Source: Bacilli bacterium
GTDB lineage: Bacteria > Bacillota_I > Bacilli_A > RF39 > UBA660
Reading direction: 5' to 3'
Length of the DNA: 64,000 bases
NCBI GenBank assembly: GCA_017405445.1
Contig: JAFRAK010000007.1
Coordinates: forward strand, 95,689 to 159,688
Position 1 is the first letter of the stretch. Each line of letters starts with the position of its first letter. Below the pieces are notes generated by a model. It saw only the letters and a list, made by a program, of their open reading frames with translations, was not told the origin of the DNA and did not search any database. Positions 62,981 to 64,000 of the stretch are shown here, one piece after another. The position numbers and the translations under genes were made by a program.

Positions 62981-63523
62981 ATGGAATTAAAAGGAAGTAA
63001 AACAGAACAAAACTTAATGGCTGCATTTGCAGGAGAATCACAAGCAAGAAATAAATATACATACTTTGCTAGTAAAGCAAAAAAGGATGGATATGAACAA
63101 ATAGCTGCAATTTTTGAAGAAACAGCAAACAATGAAAAAGAACATGCAAAAATGTGGTTTAAGGAATTACATGGAGGAGAAGTTCCATCTACAATAGAAA
63201 ACTTAGAGGCTGCAGCTGATGGAGAAAACTATGAATGGACAGATATGTATGAAGAATTCGCCAAAACAGCTGAAGAAGAAGGATTTAAAGCTATTGCTGC
63301 TAAATTTAGGGCAGTAGGTGCAATAGAAAAACATCATGAAGAAAGATATCGTAAACTATTAGAAAATGTAAAAGGAAATCTAGTATTTAGTAAAGATGGA
63401 GATCGTGTATGGATTTGTCGTAACTGTGGACACATTTGCGTAGGAAAAGAAGCTCCTAAAGTATGCCCAGTATGTGCCCATCCTCAAAGTTATTTTGAAG
63501 TAAAAGCTGAAAATTATATGTAA
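62981..63523 (+). CDS. rbr: Rubrerythrin
   Basis: ATG 62981 follows AGGAGG. The ferritin-like diiron motifs are [19 protein letters not shown] and NEKEHAKMW. The C-terminal rubredoxin motif is CRNCGH...CPVCAHP. Confidence 0.9.
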   Translation: MELKGSKTEQNLMAAFAGESQARNKYTYFASKAKKDGYEQIAAIFEETANNEKEHAKMWFKELHGGEVPSTIENLEAAADGENYEWTDMYEEFAKTAEEEGFKAIAAKFRAVGAIEKHHEERYRKLLENVKGNLVFSKDGDRVWICRNCGHICVGKEAPKVCPVCAHPQSYFEVKAENYM

Positions 63524-63546
63524 AAAAGAGGGAAACCTCTTTTTTT
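63524..63546. terminator. Bidirectional terminator between convergent genes
   Basis: AAAAGAGG gaaa CCTCTTTT, flanked by A- and T-runs. Confidence 0.65.
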
Positions 63547-63916
63547 AATTAAATGCAATTTCTTGATCTAAATTTTCATCATTTAGAATAATATAAAAAA
63601 ATATAATACCAGATAATAATACTGCACTAGTCCCAATAAAAGACAAAATGTCATATTGATGAATAGAAAAAGATTTCTTTTGAAATAAAGATTCCAATGC
63701 ATCCTTTTCAAAGTAAGAATAAATGATTATTAATACTGCAAAAATAGAAGCATTAATTTTACGATATTTTTCTTTACTATAAATATTATGATTTAAAAAA
63801 TAATCTTTTTCTAATTTATTTCCATAAAAAGAAAATCCAATGATAAAGAAATAAATAATCCATATATGATTCTCTATATCAATTTGTTGTAATCTTTTTT
63901 TTATTGTCTCATTCAT
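63545..63916 (-). CDS. Hypothetical small membrane protein
   Basis: 123 aa with 3-4 hydrophobic helices. No clear RBS. Confidence 0.4.
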   Translation of the reverse strand: MNETIKKRLQQIDIENHIWIIYFFIIGFSFYGNKLEKDYFLNHNIYSKEKYRKINASIFAVLIIIYSYFEKDALESLFQKKSFSIHQYDILSFIGTSAVLLSGIIFFYIILNDENLDQEIAFN

Positions 63917-63971
63917 ACTATAATATATTCGACATTTGTGCTATAATATGATTGATTTTGGAGTGAAGAAC

Positions 63972-64000
63972 ATGAATAAAAAAGAATTATTAGTACCTGT
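63972..64000 (+). CDS. 5' end of an unidentified CDS that runs out of the window
   Basis: ATG 63972 lies 6 nt after GGAGTGA, and TGCTATAAT is about 30 nt upstream. Only 9 codons are visible. Confidence 0.3.

Overview
AT-rich (about 30-33% GC by eye) chromosomal segment of a low-GC Firmicute, probably Clostridia- or Erysipelotrichia-like; the taxon cannot be fixed from sequence alone. No rRNA, tRNA, CRISPR array, integrase, relaxase or transposase was seen. All family calls come from motif reading and synteny, not from database searches. (1) nt 1-13.5k: the mating-pair-formation and coupling-protein half of a Gram-positive conjugative type IV secretion system (T4SS). The order is VirB6-like, VirB3-like, a VirB4 ATPase split into two ATGA-overlapping ORFs, a SpoIID+CHAP cell-wall hydrolase, a possible VirB8-like protein, a VirD4-type coupling protein and two surface proteins. 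This matches the prgH-prgL/pcfC order of pCF10. The left end lies outside the window. (2) 13.5-16.7k: housekeeping genes (rhodanese, DedA/TVP38, rmuC, trpS with a Cys cluster). (3) 16.8-32.9k, the most unusual locus: a wall-sorted Ig-repeat protein with an N-terminal cohesin-like module; a 3222-aa adhesin with DUF285-type leucine-rich repeats (LRRs), Ig repeats and a C-terminal dockerin; a second, membrane-anchored cohesin-like protein; and a class B sortase. The adhesin gene contains 7.5 near-identical ~603-bp tandem units with a 2.4-kb higher-order duplication. (4) 32.9-45.5k: rhomboid protease, CPBP-fusion protease, a surface protein, htpG behind a CIRCE operator, phosphoketolase, an IMPase-family protein, cysteine desulfurase and a thiol-redox pair. 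(5) 45.6-53.4k: a tandemly duplicated two-gene cassette of unknown function, then DUF1292, a Pro/Glu/Thr-rich repeat protein and an HExxH membrane protein. (6) 53.4-64k: Nudix hydrolase, a surface-protein ORF with an internal NPETG sorting signal followed by a second signal-peptide-like segment, tig, lon, a SpoVID-like LysM protein and rubrerythrin.
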